64,000 nt of DNA from assembly GCA_052279835.1 (NCBI GenBank), contig CP181291.1, positions 192,001-256,000 on the forward strand, read 5' to 3'. The DNA comes from Microcoleus sp. (GTDB taxonomy: Bacteria; Cyanobacteriota; Cyanobacteriia; Cyanobacteriales; Microcoleaceae). The position numbers and the translations under genes were made by a program. How positions within the stretch are numbered: the stretch's first letter is position 1; the number at the start of each line of letters is the position of its first letter. Under the pieces are notes generated by a model, which ran no database searches, was not told the DNA's origin, and saw only the letters and a program-made list of their open reading frames with translations. Below, one piece after another: positions 27,856 to 38,538 of this stretch.

Positions 27856-29449
27856 TTAACTCAGCACCGGCGGCAATCCCACCTCTTGCGGCCGCACAAA
27901 TTTGCCACTAAAACTAATAGCTTTACCTTCAAAAGTTCTCGCTTGGGCAACTGCTTGCCGCAAATGAGCCCGATCCATATCGTCCTGAATTCCCGCTACC
28001 AAATATACCATTAACTTCGCCGCTAAATCCTTCCCAGAAACCAAGACTCGCCTTTTGTTCGGATCGTACAAAATGCCATACCACGCAGACTCAGGATTGT
28101 CCATGTGGCTGAATCCTTCATCCACATCGAATCTGCGGAGTTTGTCAAAAATTGATTTCAGTGACAGTTTTTTTCTAAAAGTGAGAATTCCTAAAGCATT
28201 AGCTAAGGCAATTTGACCAACTGGACGAAACAAAATATTGCCCTCGCCCCCCGGTTTTTCAAAACTAAATCGGCGTAATTCTGCCGTTTCTTCGCCGCTT
28301 TCAATTCTTTGATAGCTGGGCAAAGTTGCTAAATTATCGAAAAGTTTCCTAAACTCTTCAATGCCATTTTTTAGTTCCTCTTCTTCGGGGACGCATGGGA
28401 ATCAAACCTTTTTTCTCCGGCTTCCAATGGGGGAATTTGTATTCTAAATACCGTTCCGACATATCTTGCAGGGCTTGCAATGTAGTGAGTACAGTTGATT
28501 TGGCTGCGACGGTGGCGCTGTCCCAATTGACGCGGGGGTTTCTACTATCTTGCTCTTTTAATAACGGATGGGTGACGGCAATTTTGCGGGCGCAGATTGC
28601 AAATCCATTGTCCTCATTTAATAAGGCTAATTGGCCCTGACTCAGCGTCACCGCCATTAAGTTAACGTGGACAAAGATCGATCGCACTCGCCGTTGTGCT
28701 TGCTGTCGCGTTTCCCCAGCCACCACGGCGGGAATAAACTCAATGCCGATTTTTTCCTGGGCTAAATCGCAGACTTTTTCGGGGTCTATTTGATATTCTT
28801 CGGCTAAATCTTCGAGGGTAATTGCAGCGCCGACTGGTTTTTTGTTTTTGTTATATCTTTGCAGGATTCCGGTTTTAATTAAGTTCATCAAACCTTGAAC
28901 TCCCATCAACCGATGCTGGCCGTCTAAGGCAAAAATTGAAATTTTTTGAGAAACATTCAACAGCCCTAAATTTTGGTTTTTATCAAAGGATACGAATTCC
29001 GCAGCCGATTTAGTTGCGACTTTATTTTTATCCCATTCATCGGCTAGAGGATTGTCTACCCACGGGGGACTGATTACTACTAAAACTGCGGGAAATTTGT
29101 GGGATTTGCGGGCGGCTAGATATTGAGTGAGGGCGGCTTGGCGGGACCAATCTAGGGGGCGTTGGATGATTTCGTCGATGGTTTCGTCGTCGCGGAGGAT
29201 GTTGTTAGTTTGGAGGTCGAATTTGTGGCGAAAAAGTGGCATTTGGGAGGCGAAACGCACGCGGGAATCTAACCATTCTAGGGTGACTGAACCGATGTAG
29301 GCTTCGCTGTTTCCCATCTGGGTTTTTTGGACGAAAATGCGATCGTCTTTTCCTAGGTAATTATCTAATAACAGTGCGATTTCTTGGCGATCGCTATTTT
29401 CTTTTTCTAATATCTTATTAGCGAGCTCATCCGTTGGTTTAGTGTTCAT
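27856..29449 (-). pseudogene. DGQHR-domain (DndB-like) protein with a +1 frameshift at 28387-28390
   Basis: ALDGQHRL motif. Removing one C from CGT CCCC GAA gives IPMRPEEEELKNGIEEFRKLFDNLATLPSYQ, joining ORFs 28358..29449 and 27856..28323. Confidence 0.85.
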
Positions 29450-29643
29450 CGGTGGTTTTTATATAAATATGGTATTTTTTCAAAAAATATCACGTTTAAA
29501 TTTTTGTGTCAATGGTTGTTTTTAAAAAAATATTGTGAAATACTTAATTTATCTGGAGCGAGGGTCAGCATATATCACAAATATAAACTCAAGTCAATAA
29601 GTATTAATTCTTAATTTGTCTGCCCGATACCCAATTCTAAATT

Positions 29644-30783
29644 ATGTCTACTCTTTCTTTTGAATACATTTTGCCGGTCATCCGGGGAATTCAAGGGGGC
29701 CGCGAATATTATGTTTCGATGTGCCCGGTGCGTTTTTTGCCCAAATTATTCCCCTTTGAATCTGAAGATTTGCCACCGGAAATGCGGGCTAGTCGTACCC
29801 TGAATCAAAGTCGGATTCCCGAAATAGCTGATTATTTGGTGAGGAATTCGACAAGTTATACTTGCGGGGCGATCGCCGCTTCGATTGATGCGGATATTAC
29901 GTTTGAAGCGGTGGGAAATGAGGGACAAGAACGGAAAATAGGCTGCTTGCGAGTGCCGATGGATGCTAAGTTTACGATTAATGATGGACAGCATCGTAGG
30001 GCGGCTTTTGAAATGGCTTTGCAGCAAAATCCGCAGTTGGGATATGAGACGGTGGCGCTGATTTTGTTTCTGGATATTGGATTGGAGAAGTCACAGGAAA
30101 GGTTTGCTGATTTGAATAGTTTTCAGGTGCCTTTGGAAGCGTCGCTGAGTTTGCTTTACAATCATCGGGACGATCGCGCGCGGTTGGTGAAGGCGGTGGT
30201 AAAGCAGGTTGAAGTTTTCCGCTGTTTGACGGAGATGGAGAGGGGGATTTTGAATGGGCGATCGCCCAAATTGTTTACCCTGAGTGCGATCGATCGTGCT
30301 ATCATGGCTTTGCTGTCTAATATTGAGGCCAGCCAACAGGCAAAACCCTCTCGTTACCGCGCCACAAAACAGGAAAAAGAGGCAGAGTTTGTTCAAAAAA
30401 TACAACTAGCGGTTAGTTATTGGAATGCGGTTAGCAGTTTTATTCCCGATTGGCAGTTGGTTTTGCACAAGCAAGTTGCAGCGGGGGAAATACGGCGGGA
30501 TTTTGTGCATTGTCGTAGTGTGGTGCTGGAGAGTTTAGGGGAAGTTGGCGCGAGTTTGCGATCGCTTTTTCCTGAGAGTTGGGAGGAACGTTTGGCCCTT
30601 TTGCGCGATGTTGATTGGTCGATTTCTAATCCTGATTGGGAAGGTGGGATTTTGTTGAGAGGGGGGATTTCTAAGTCGAGGGCTAGTGTGGGTTGGATGA
30701 CTGATTATTTGAAAAATCGGTTGGGTTTGGGAACCGCTGAGGGAGCACGGGCGGGACGCTCGTGCCACAATCAAGGTGGATAA
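29644..30783 (+). CDS. dndB: DNA sulfur modification protein DndB
   Basis: P.IRGIQ.GREYYVSMCP, R.LN..RIPEI..Y, INDGQHRRAA, F.DLN, KLFTLS. Confidence 0.85.
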   Translation: MSTLSFEYILPVIRGIQGGREYYVSMCPVRFLPKLFPFESEDLPPEMRASRTLNQSRIPEIADYLVRNSTSYTCGAIAASIDADITFEAVGNEGQERKIGCLRVPMDAKFTINDGQHRRAAFEMALQQNPQLGYETVALILFLDIGLEKSQERFADLNSFQVPLEASLSLLYNHRDDRARLVKAVVKQVEVFRCLTEMERGILNGRSPKLFTLSAIDRAIMALLSNIEASQQAKPSRYRATKQEKEAEFVQKIQLAVSYWNAVSSFIPDWQLVLHKQVAAGEIRRDFVHCRSVVLESLGEVGASLRSLFPESWEERLALLRDVDWSISNPDWEGGILLRGGISKSRASVGWMTDYLKNRLGLGTAEGARAGRSCHNQGG

Positions 30784-30789
30784 TGTAGG

Positions 30790-31965
30790 TTAAATCCATT
30801 CTAGATGGGCTTTTACTTTGCTGACTGCCATTTTTACAGCATTAACACTAGCTGTTATTCTATAGTTACGAACAAGATTATTTGGGCTATTGTCCGACAA
30901 AACCACATTTCCCTCCCAAAGATGGCTGTTTCTTGACCAATCAAGTTGAGCAAGTTCTGATACTCGTTCTGGATCGAAGCAATAGCTATCAGCATCATAA
31001 GTGCAGTAGAGTAACTTTCCTAATATTTCTATTCCCACACTCCTGCCCAATAAACAAGTTTCTTTAAATTTTTCAATTTGATTAACAGTCAAATCATCAG
31101 CTTCTGTCTCATAAATGTATTGAGTTAGACTGCATTCTGTAAAAAATTGATTGAGACAACTAATTATAGCTGCCGAGCATTCTGATAGAGCGTAATCTTT
31201 CAGCTCGTTATTCGGATCGTTAGCAAAAGCGCAACTAACAGCCTTTGCGAGATAGTTCATTGTATATATTCGCTTTTCTTTAGATGATGGAGAACCTTTA
31301 ACTTTCTCTGTCTTGCCCTTAAAAATTGGCACTTGTTCAATTAACAGTTTGCAAATACCAATTCTACCTTCCATTTCGCCAAAGGACAAGAGTAATGATT
31401 TATCTAGCGCTTTTGTTTGCGCCATATCTCTAAAGTCTCTTTGACACTGATTTAAGTTGCCTTCTAACACTAGCGTAATTGGGAAATCATTATCTCCAAT
31501 TAATTCCCCGTTGGCACTCTCAATCAATTCGTGAAGCGCTCGCTTGCGGTGCTGTCCGTCGGTAATATCTAACTTAACACCACGAGGAATGACTACTAAG
31601 CAAATTCCCCGACTTAGTTCGATAATTTGAATCTTCTCTGGATCGACATTTGCAGTGAGTGTGCCCAGAATCCAAGGTTGGTCTTTTCTAACGCGCTTGA
31701 GAATGTACTCCTTGACTTCCTCAGCATGGCCCTTAATCTCTGGACGGTTTTTACCAGACTCAGGCTCGTTATTGGTAGAAGGTTTTGCCTGGAGAAGAGT
31801 AGGCAAGTCATCCGCAGGCACGTTGAATTGTATCATTTTTCGCTTTCCCTGTTCAAATATTAAGCCTGGATAGCACTTCTGACGGTGGTATCTGGCGAAG
31901 TACGGCTCAAGGAATTCATCTAGTCGCTGCTTGAGTGGCGGCTGAGTCGGGCTGTCATTAGTCAT
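30790..31965 (-). CDS. DndB-like DGQHR-domain protein
   Basis: FEQG.RKM, NRP...H, LTAN, ITDGQHRKRA, QRDF.D. Confidence 0.8.
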   Translation of the reverse strand: MTNDSPTQPPLKQRLDEFLEPYFARYHRQKCYPGLIFEQGKRKMIQFNVPADDLPTLLQAKPSTNNEPESGKNRPEIKGHAEEVKEYILKRVRKDQPWILGTLTANVDPEKIQIIELSRGICLVVIPRGVKLDITDGQHRKRALHELIESANGELIGDNDFPITLVLEGNLNQCQRDFRDMAQTKALDKSLLLSFGEMEGRIGICKLLIEQVPIFKGKTEKVKGSPSSKEKRIYTMNYLAKAVSCAFANDPNNELKDYALSECSAAIISCLNQFFTECSLTQYIYETEADDLTVNQIEKFKETCLLGRSVGIEILGKLLYCTYDADSYCFDPERVSELAQLDWSRNSHLWEGNVVLSDNSPNNLVRNYRITASVNAVKMAVSKVKAHLEWI

Positions 31966-32137
31966 AGCTTGTAAATTAATTTAAAGGTTAATCTTTAATT
32001 GTAAATCATGAAGGAGTATAGTAGTTAGGCAGACTATTACGCTCAAAGCTCAACGATCAAGGGCAAACAATTATGTTGCGTCACAGGGTGGAATTCACAG
32101 CACAAGTGTTGCTGCTTGGCAAGGGGAGATTGGTAAA

Positions 32138-33799
32138 ATGACACAAGCTCAGCAGATGCCACTATTCCCACCGCGCAGCGTTAAGCAGTTAGTGGATGAT
32201 GTAGAAAAGTTAACTCAAGAAATTCAGGAGTTGTACTGTAGCGATGAAATCCCGTGGATTTTAGGTGTATCTTTTGGGAAAGATTCGAGTGCAGTATTGC
32301 AGCTTATCTGGAATGCGATCGCAGGACTCCCACTGTCCAAGCGAACAAAAACAATTCATTTAATTACAACTGATACGCTGGTTGAAAATCCGATAATTTC
32401 TACCTGGGTTCGCAATTGTATTAAACAGGTTAAGTTAGCAGCGGATCTGCAAAAAATGCCTGTTGAACCCCATTTGCTTCATCCTTCTGTTCAAGAAACA
32501 TTCTGGGTATGCTTAATTGGTAGAGGCTATCCAGCACCTCGAAATGGATTTCGGTGGTGTACCGATCGCATGAAAATTCAACCTGTTAACCATTTTATCC
32601 GTGAAATGGTTAGATATCACGGTGAAACTATTGTGGTTTTAGGCACTCGAAAGGCTGAAAGTAGCAAACGCGCTGCCACAATGAAAAAACATGAAGCAGG
32701 TAGAGTGCGCGAGCGCTTGAGTCCTAATTCTCGTTTAATTAATTCTCTAATTTATACTCCTGTTGAAGACTGGCGTGATGATGAAGTTTGGCTTTATCTC
32801 ATGCAGTATGCTAACCCTTGGGGAGGGGATAATAAAGATTTGTTTACGATGTATCGCGGTGCGACAGCAGATAACGAATGCCCTCTAGTCGTTGATACTT
32901 CTACGCCTAGTTGTGGTGATTCTCGCTTTGGTTGCTGGGTTTGTACAATGGTAGACCAAGACAAATCTATGGAGGCAATGATCTTGAATGATGAGGAAAA
33001 AGAATGGATGCAGCCTCTGCTGGATATTCGCAACGAATTAGACATAAAAGACGATCGCCCAAAAAGAGACTTCCGTCGCATCTACGGTAGAGTAGAACTG
33101 TTTGAACGCAATCTGGGCGACAACAAAACCTCCGTCGAACCCATCCCCGGCCCCTATACCAAATTCTGGCGGGAACACTGGCTCAGACGAGTCTTGGAAG
33201 CACAAACTCAAATACGCAAAACCGCACCTGTAGAAATGCGCGACATCACCCTAATTACCCCGGAAGAACTTAGTGAAATCCGCCGCATTTGGCTGGAAGA
33301 AAAACACGAATTCGATGACTCTTTACCCCGCATTTACGAACAAGTCACGGGTCAACCCTTTGAAGACAGCCGCCCCGCCGCCGAAAGAAAACTCCTCGGT
33401 AGCGACGAATGGACTGTGCTCGAAGAAATGTGCGAGGACAAAATGCACCTGGAATTAATGGCAAAACTCCTAGACACAGAACGCCAATATTACACCAAAT
33501 CCAGGCGTACTGGCATTTATGGCGATTTGGACAAATGCTTTGAAACCAGTTCGCGCTCTAAAGAAGAAGCCATTGGTAACGCTCACTATCAACGGAATCT
33601 GAAAAACGCTGTAGAAGCTGTCAAAGCAAATCCGACTCTCAATATTCAGCTAGTCAAAGATGCGATCGCCCAAAGCAATATTTCTGCCACAGAGGATACC
33701 GTTAATGTTGCCAAACTGAAAGAACAACTCGAAAGCACCACCAACCAAAGCAGGCAATTGTCTTGGGCCGATATCAAATTTTCACCCCCAAGTCCCTAA
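32138..33799 (+). CDS. dndC: DNA phosphorothioation sulfurtransferase DndC
   Basis: PP-loop SFGKDSS, TDTLVENP, GYPAP..FRWCT.R.KI.P, SCGDSRFGCWVC, QDKSM. Confidence 0.93.
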   Translation: MTQAQQMPLFPPRSVKQLVDDVEKLTQEIQELYCSDEIPWILGVSFGKDSSAVLQLIWNAIAGLPLSKRTKTIHLITTDTLVENPIISTWVRNCIKQVKLAADLQKMPVEPHLLHPSVQETFWVCLIGRGYPAPRNGFRWCTDRMKIQPVNHFIREMVRYHGETIVVLGTRKAESSKRAATMKKHEAGRVRERLSPNSRLINSLIYTPVEDWRDDEVWLYLMQYANPWGGDNKDLFTMYRGATADNECPLVVDTSTPSCGDSRFGCWVCTMVDQDKSMEAMILNDEEKEWMQPLLDIRNELDIKDDRPKRDFRRIYGRVELFERNLGDNKTSVEPIPGPYTKFWREHWLRRVLEAQTQIRKTAPVEMRDITLITPEELSEIRRIWLEEKHEFDDSLPRIYEQVTGQPFEDSRPAAERKLLGSDEWTVLEEMCEDKMHLELMAKLLDTERQYYTKSRRTGIYGDLDKCFETSSRSKEEAIGNAHYQRNLKNAVEAVKANPTLNIQLVKDAIAQSNISATEDTVNVAKLKEQLESTTNQSRQLSWADIKFSPPSP

Positions 33800-33807
33800 A
33801 CTACAAC

Positions 33808-33845
33808 TAAGAATCCCCGCGCCTCAATTCGCGTGGGGAGTTTAT
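33808..33845 (+). mobile_element. Orphan IS200/IS605-type right-end hairpin
   Basis: TAAGAATCCCCGCG-loop-CGTGGGGAGT resembles the right end at 59180-59215 (TAAGAATCCCTGT-loop-ACAGGGAGTGTCAA). Confidence 0.55.
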
Positions 33846-33981
33846 ACTTGACTTTTGTCGCTATTAGTGATACCACAGCCCCCCATGCGTCTTATAAAAA
33901 AAAATAATCAATAATTCTTAAATTTTTATTAATTTTTGTTTTATAATAATACTCATCTTCCAGTAAGTATTTATTCTCATT

Positions 33982-35712
33982 ATGATAGCGGATCAATTTC
34001 CTTGGCTGACCGCGATAGTCCTCTTACCCCTCCTAGCTTCCGTCGCCATCCCTTTTTTGCCCGATACAGAGGGAAAAACAATTCGGTGGTACGCCCTGGG
34101 CGTGGGTTTGGCAGACTTTGTACTCATGTGCTGGGTGTTTTGGACTCATTACGATCCCACAATCTCTACTTTCCAAATCGTAGAGCAATACCCCTGGATA
34201 CCTTCTCTGGGCCTCAATTGGTCTGTTTCGGTTGACGGATTGTCAGTACCCTTGGTACTGTTGGCTGGACTGGTGACGACTCTTTCAATTTTTGCAGCCT
34301 GGGAGGTCGATCGCAAACCCCGACTTTTCTACTTCCTGATGCTGGTGATGTACTCGGCACAGATAGGAGTATTCGTCGCCCAAGACATCATGCTACTGTT
34401 CATTGTCTGGGAACTAGAACTAATTCCGGTTTACCTGCTAATCTCGATTTGGGGCGGACAAAACCGTCGCTACGCAGCCACCAAATTCTTGATTTATACC
34501 GCTGGCGCTTCAATTTTCATTCTGGTAGCTGCTTTAGCAATGGCATTCTACGGCGGAGGCAATATCACCTTCGATATGGTAGAACTAGGCTTGAAAGACT
34601 ACCCCCTCGGTTTAGAATTACTGCTTTATGCGGGATTGTTGATTGCTTTCGGCGTGAAACTGGCGATTTTCCCCTTCCACACTTGGCTACCTGATGCCCA
34701 CGGCGAAGCATCTTCTCCCGTGTCCATGATTCTGGCCGGTGTGCTGTTAAAAATGGGCGGATATGGCCTGATTCGTCTGAATTTAGAACTCCTTCCTAAA
34801 GCTCACGTTTACTTTGCACCGATTATGGCCGTGCTTGGCGTAGTTAACATTATCTACGGAGCACTGAATTCCTTCGGCCAAACGAACATGAAGCGCCGCC
34901 TAGCGAATTCCTCTATTTCTCACATGGGATTTGTACTCCTCGGTATTGCTTCTTTCAATGATTTGGGAATCAATGGTGCTCTGTTGCAAATGATTTCCCA
35001 CGGTTTAATCGCCTCAGTATTGTTCTTTCTGGCCGGCGTTACGTACGATCGCACCCATACCATGATCATGGATGAAATGGGCGAGATTGGTAAAGTCATG
35101 CCCAAAGTGTTTGCCTTGTTTACCGCAGGCGCTATGGCTTCTTTGGCACTTCCCGGTATGAGTGGTTTTGCTAGCGAACTTTCGGTATTTGTCGGTGTGG
35201 CAACTAGCGATATCTACAGCGATTCTTTTCGGGCTGTGATTGTCTTCCTGGCGGCGGTAGGACTGATTTTGACACCGATTTATTTGCTCTCGATGCTGCG
35301 CCAGCTCTTCTATAATTCGGGAGCAGCACCCGCTTGTGACATTGAGGATTTAGATTTGCAAAATCAGAGAAATAATCTGGATGAAGCGGTTTGTTTTGGT
35401 AATAGTTGCGTTTTGCCGGCGGATGCAGTATTTATCGATGCTCAACCTCGCGAAGTGGCGATCGCCTTTTGCTTTTTAATCCCGATTGTTGGCATTGGTT
35501 TCTATCCCAATATGGCGATGCAAGTTTATGATGCCAAGACTGTGGCAGTGAATGCAGAAGTCCGGGAATCTTACATCCAAATCGCTCAAGAAAATCCTCG
35601 GATTTATGCGAATCAACTTTTGATTCCCAAAATTGCCCAGGCTCAAACAGCTCCTGCTTTGGGTAAAATTACTGGATCTGAATCAGCATCTGTTTTGGGT
35701 ATTGTCAAATAA
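33982..35712 (+). CDS. ndhD: NAD(P)H-quinone oxidoreductase subunit 4 (NdhD, D2-like)
   Basis: [50 protein letters not shown]; Cys-containing C-terminal insert. Confidence 0.93.
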   Translation: MIADQFPWLTAIVLLPLLASVAIPFLPDTEGKTIRWYALGVGLADFVLMCWVFWTHYDPTISTFQIVEQYPWIPSLGLNWSVSVDGLSVPLVLLAGLVTTLSIFAAWEVDRKPRLFYFLMLVMYSAQIGVFVAQDIMLLFIVWELELIPVYLLISIWGGQNRRYAATKFLIYTAGASIFILVAALAMAFYGGGNITFDMVELGLKDYPLGLELLLYAGLLIAFGVKLAIFPFHTWLPDAHGEASSPVSMILAGVLLKMGGYGLIRLNLELLPKAHVYFAPIMAVLGVVNIIYGALNSFGQTNMKRRLANSSISHMGFVLLGIASFNDLGINGALLQMISHGLIASVLFFLAGVTYDRTHTMIMDEMGEIGKVMPKVFALFTAGAMASLALPGMSGFASELSVFVGVATSDIYSDSFRAVIVFLAAVGLILTPIYLLSMLRQLFYNSGAAPACDIEDLDLQNQRNNLDEAVCFGNSCVLPADAVFIDAQPREVAIAFCFLIPIVGIGFYPNMAMQVYDAKTVAVNAEVRESYIQIAQENPRIYANQLLIPKIAQAQTAPALGKITGSESASVLGIVK

Positions 35713-35718
35713 TCCAAC

Positions 35719-35784
35719 GGGTGCATCTCAATGAGTGCAAATATATTCCTAGGGGCGAAGCCCTTACACCATCGGGATGCTCCC
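35719..35784. mobile_element. MITE family B, internally deleted copy with 9-bp TSD
   Basis: GGGTGCATCT...TGCAAATATA..C.TAGGGGCGAAGC...TCGGGATGCTCCC flanked by TAATCCAAC at 35710-35718 and 35785-35793. Confidence 0.85.
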
Positions 35785-35805
35785 TAATCCAACTCTGTGA
35801 GTGTG

Positions 35806-35838
35806 AGATACCAGACTGCTTCATCGAGTCTGGTATCT
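35806..35838. terminator. Hairpin between convergent genes
   Basis: AGATACCAGACT...AGTCTGGTATCT 12-bp stem. Confidence 0.55.
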
Positions 35839-35843
35839 AGGTT

Positions 35844-37475
35844 TTAAGACTCAGTTTGTGCCATAATAAGCGCCATATTTTCTCTAGCATATCCCACTTC
35901 AAAAGTCGATTTCTCTGCCAGCAAAGATGCAAGTTTGTTCAGGATATTTAAAAGTTCTTCATCTCCCTTAGTTTTCTGACACAAAACTTGCAACCGATTT
36001 TTTACCATTCTTAGAATATAACTGGTTGCCTCGTATTTCCCTACTTTTTTAGCAAAATTTATGCTAAAATCATAATCTTTCAACAACCGCATATTTTCGA
36101 TTTTTTGCGTCTTAATCGTCTCCAAAATCTCATATTTAAGCTTTTCTATTAACCTATCAGCAACATATTTCATCATCAAAGGCTGAAGTATAAACACTGT
36201 TTCTGTACCCTGATGGATTTTTTCAATCAAGGAGCGGCGGCTCAAAGAATCGAGATTTTTCACTAAATCTGAAAAAGAATACTTTGCCAAAATTTCCTGT
36301 CGCAAAGTGCCGAGGGAAACCGGAGTTTCCGCAATAGTCAGCCAATAGGTAATTTCAGTTTCAGCATTAGACATTCGCTCTAACTGCTGGGCGAGTAGAT
36401 TGCTGATATGTTCTTCAATAAATAATGCCGTTGCTTCCAAAAAACTACCAACATTCCCCTCGAAAAAATCCTGAATCGTTGTGGCTACAATCTTAAATGC
36501 TAATAGATTTCCTCCGTAGCGCCCTAACAAAATTTTCCACTCACTATTTTGAGCAGATAAACCTTTTTCTTGAAAAATATTCTGGGCAATTTCCTGGGAA
36601 ATCTCTGGTTTGAAAGAGCGTACTTTTTCCCCAGCTAGCAAAGCGATTTCTGTTGGTTCTTCTGCACTAATTACCAGCAAACAGCTACGGTGATTAACCT
36701 CTGAGATCCGCACAATTAAATCTCGATATTCCTCCCAACCCTCTCGGTAATGTCCTGCTAGTTCTTCCGGCTTCAGCACGGCTTCAAAATCGTCGAAAAT
36801 CAGCAAACATCGGTGCTGGCGCAAATACTCAACTAGCAGGGAAATTTGACCGTTGATGTCGTCGTTCTCTGGTGGTAAATCGCTTGTTTGGTGGTTGGAA
36901 AAAAATTTAATTAAGTTGGTGAGAAACAGTTGGGGAGTCGGGTGCGATCGCCAAGAGCGCCAAACCACAAAATCAAACTCATTCTGGATCTGTGAGACTA
37001 ATTTTACTGACAGAGTTGTTTTACCGCTACCAGCCAAGCCCAACAACGCCACCAGCCGACAATTATCTGAGACAATCCATTGCTTTAAAGTGTTTAATTC
37101 TTGAGTCCGTCCGTAAAAAACCGTAACATCCGGTGCTTCGCCCCAATCTTGTTGTCGGTGTGCGATCGCCATTTTTGATAGGCTTCCTTTACCTGTCGGA
37201 CTAAAATCCCTCAAACCGATTTCCTGATGGTATGACAACAGTAACTGATGCCTCAATTCTGACAATTTTCCGGGGCCATTTCCGCCAATTTGAAACTTTT
37301 TGTAAACCTCGCCTAGTCTTTTGCGAACTGCGATGTCACTAATGCCAAGCTTGGTGGCGATCGCGGACGTAGTTTGACCATCGAGAGCCATAAACACAGT
37401 TTCTAACTCGGCATCTGTGACACCGCGCTCCTTGGCGATCGTTTGCACAAAGTTCTGAGGAATCTGAGTAGTCAA
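35844..37475 (-). CDS. HTH plus NB-ARC/STAND ATPase
   Basis: HTH (IATKLGISDIAVRKRLGEVYKKF), QDWGEAPDV..FYGR, GLAGSGKT, LLIFDD, GNLLA; no WD40 repeats. Confidence 0.85.
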   Translation of the reverse strand: MTTQIPQNFVQTIAKERGVTDAELETVFMALDGQTTSAIATKLGISDIAVRKRLGEVYKKFQIGGNGPGKLSELRHQLLLSYHQEIGLRDFSPTGKGSLSKMAIAHRQQDWGEAPDVTVFYGRTQELNTLKQWIVSDNCRLVALLGLAGSGKTTLSVKLVSQIQNEFDFVVWRSWRSHPTPQLFLTNLIKFFSNHQTSDLPPENDDINGQISLLVEYLRQHRCLLIFDDFEAVLKPEELAGHYREGWEEYRDLIVRISEVNHRSCLLVISAEEPTEIALLAGEKVRSFKPEISQEIAQNIFQEKGLSAQNSEWKILLGRYGGNLLAFKIVATTIQDFFEGNVGSFLEATALFIEEHISNLLAQQLERMSNAETEITYWLTIAETPVSLGTLRQEILAKYSFSDLVKNLDSLSRRSLIEKIHQGTETVFILQPLMMKYVADRLIEKLKYEILETIKTQKIENMRLLKDYDFSINFAKKVGKYEATSYILRMVKNRLQVLCQKTKGDEELLNILNKLASLLAEKSTFEVGYARENMALIMAQTES

Positions 37476-37596
37476 GGTAGGAATCTCGCCAATGCTAAAA
37501 TATATACATATTATTATATTGTGTTACCTTGTGTTAGCACCCCGACTTGCCAGAATTAGCCGGGGTCTAGGTCCGATACCGTGTCAAATCTTCAAT

Positions 37597-38454
37597 CTAA
37601 AATCTCACATCGATGGGTTCGGAAGAATTACTGCTGGCACCGGAAAACTCTGACTGGGATTGATTCGGGTAAAATCGCTGGCTAATCCCCAAAGTAATTT
37701 GCTTCATCACCCAATACAAACTGGCAATTACTAAAAAAGTCGCAGCAATTAATAAAACCGGACGTTTCCCCATCAAATCGTTCATCACAGTATTAACTAA
37801 CGCATCGGGATTAGTAATGATATCCCAACTGTTGAACCGGATAAATCGCCCTAAATAAATGCCGATCGCCGAAAGTGCGTGTATAGTTAACTCAGCTACT
37901 AGGACAAATTTGCCCCAACCCTGTTGGCTCAAATAGTAACCAAAACTGATCACCGACAGCACGTAAGCCTGAAGCCCTGCGATCATAAACACCAAATATT
38001 GGGGAATCAAAGCTAGAGTCACCACCCACACCGAGTGTCCCTGTTTAATCTGGTCGATCAAATGGATGATATCAGTTAAAACATAGGGCGCATTGGGCAA
38101 AAAGGCAATGAATGCCAAAAAACCACCCCACCAGCGGAGAGAACGCACACCGCGCTGTCGCAGTACCCAGATATCTACAGCCATCAGTGTCAGCGTAATC
38201 GCGATCGCCCCCAAAACGTAAGTTTTGCCCAAATCGTGGACAATGTACCTTAGATGTAACAAAACCAGGGATAGACAGGGCAAAAGAGTAGCCCCCAGCA
38301 TAAAACTTGTCCCCCACATCAGCCAGCGCGATCGAGGTTTGCGAAACAGCCAAAAACTCAGCGCTAACGGTACTAAAGCTAAGAACAAATTCCAAGACAT
38401 CCACCGGACATTGTGTCCCATTGCCTGCAACGCTTCTAGGAGCAATCCCATCAT
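37597..38454 (-). CDS. DUF1361 membrane protein
   Basis: WNLFLA, FLPNAPYVLTDIIH, GIYLGRFIRFNSWD. Confidence 0.88.
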   Translation of the reverse strand: MMGLLLEALQAMGHNVRWMSWNLFLALVPLALSFWLFRKPRSRWLMWGTSFMLGATLLPCLSLVLLHLRYIVHDLGKTYVLGAIAITLTLMAVDIWVLRQRGVRSLRWWGGFLAFIAFLPNAPYVLTDIIHLIDQIKQGHSVWVVTLALIPQYLVFMIAGLQAYVLSVISFGYYLSQQGWGKFVLVAELTIHALSAIGIYLGRFIRFNSWDIITNPDALVNTVMNDLMGKRPVLLIAATFLVIASLYWVMKQITLGISQRFYPNQSQSEFSGASSNSSEPIDVRF

Positions 38455-38538
38455 GTCAAATTTCCTAAAAATAAATGGTTCAATGCAGCACCGCTTCGCC
38501 AGCAGCTTGAATCTATTTTAATCGCTTATTGTTTTCGG

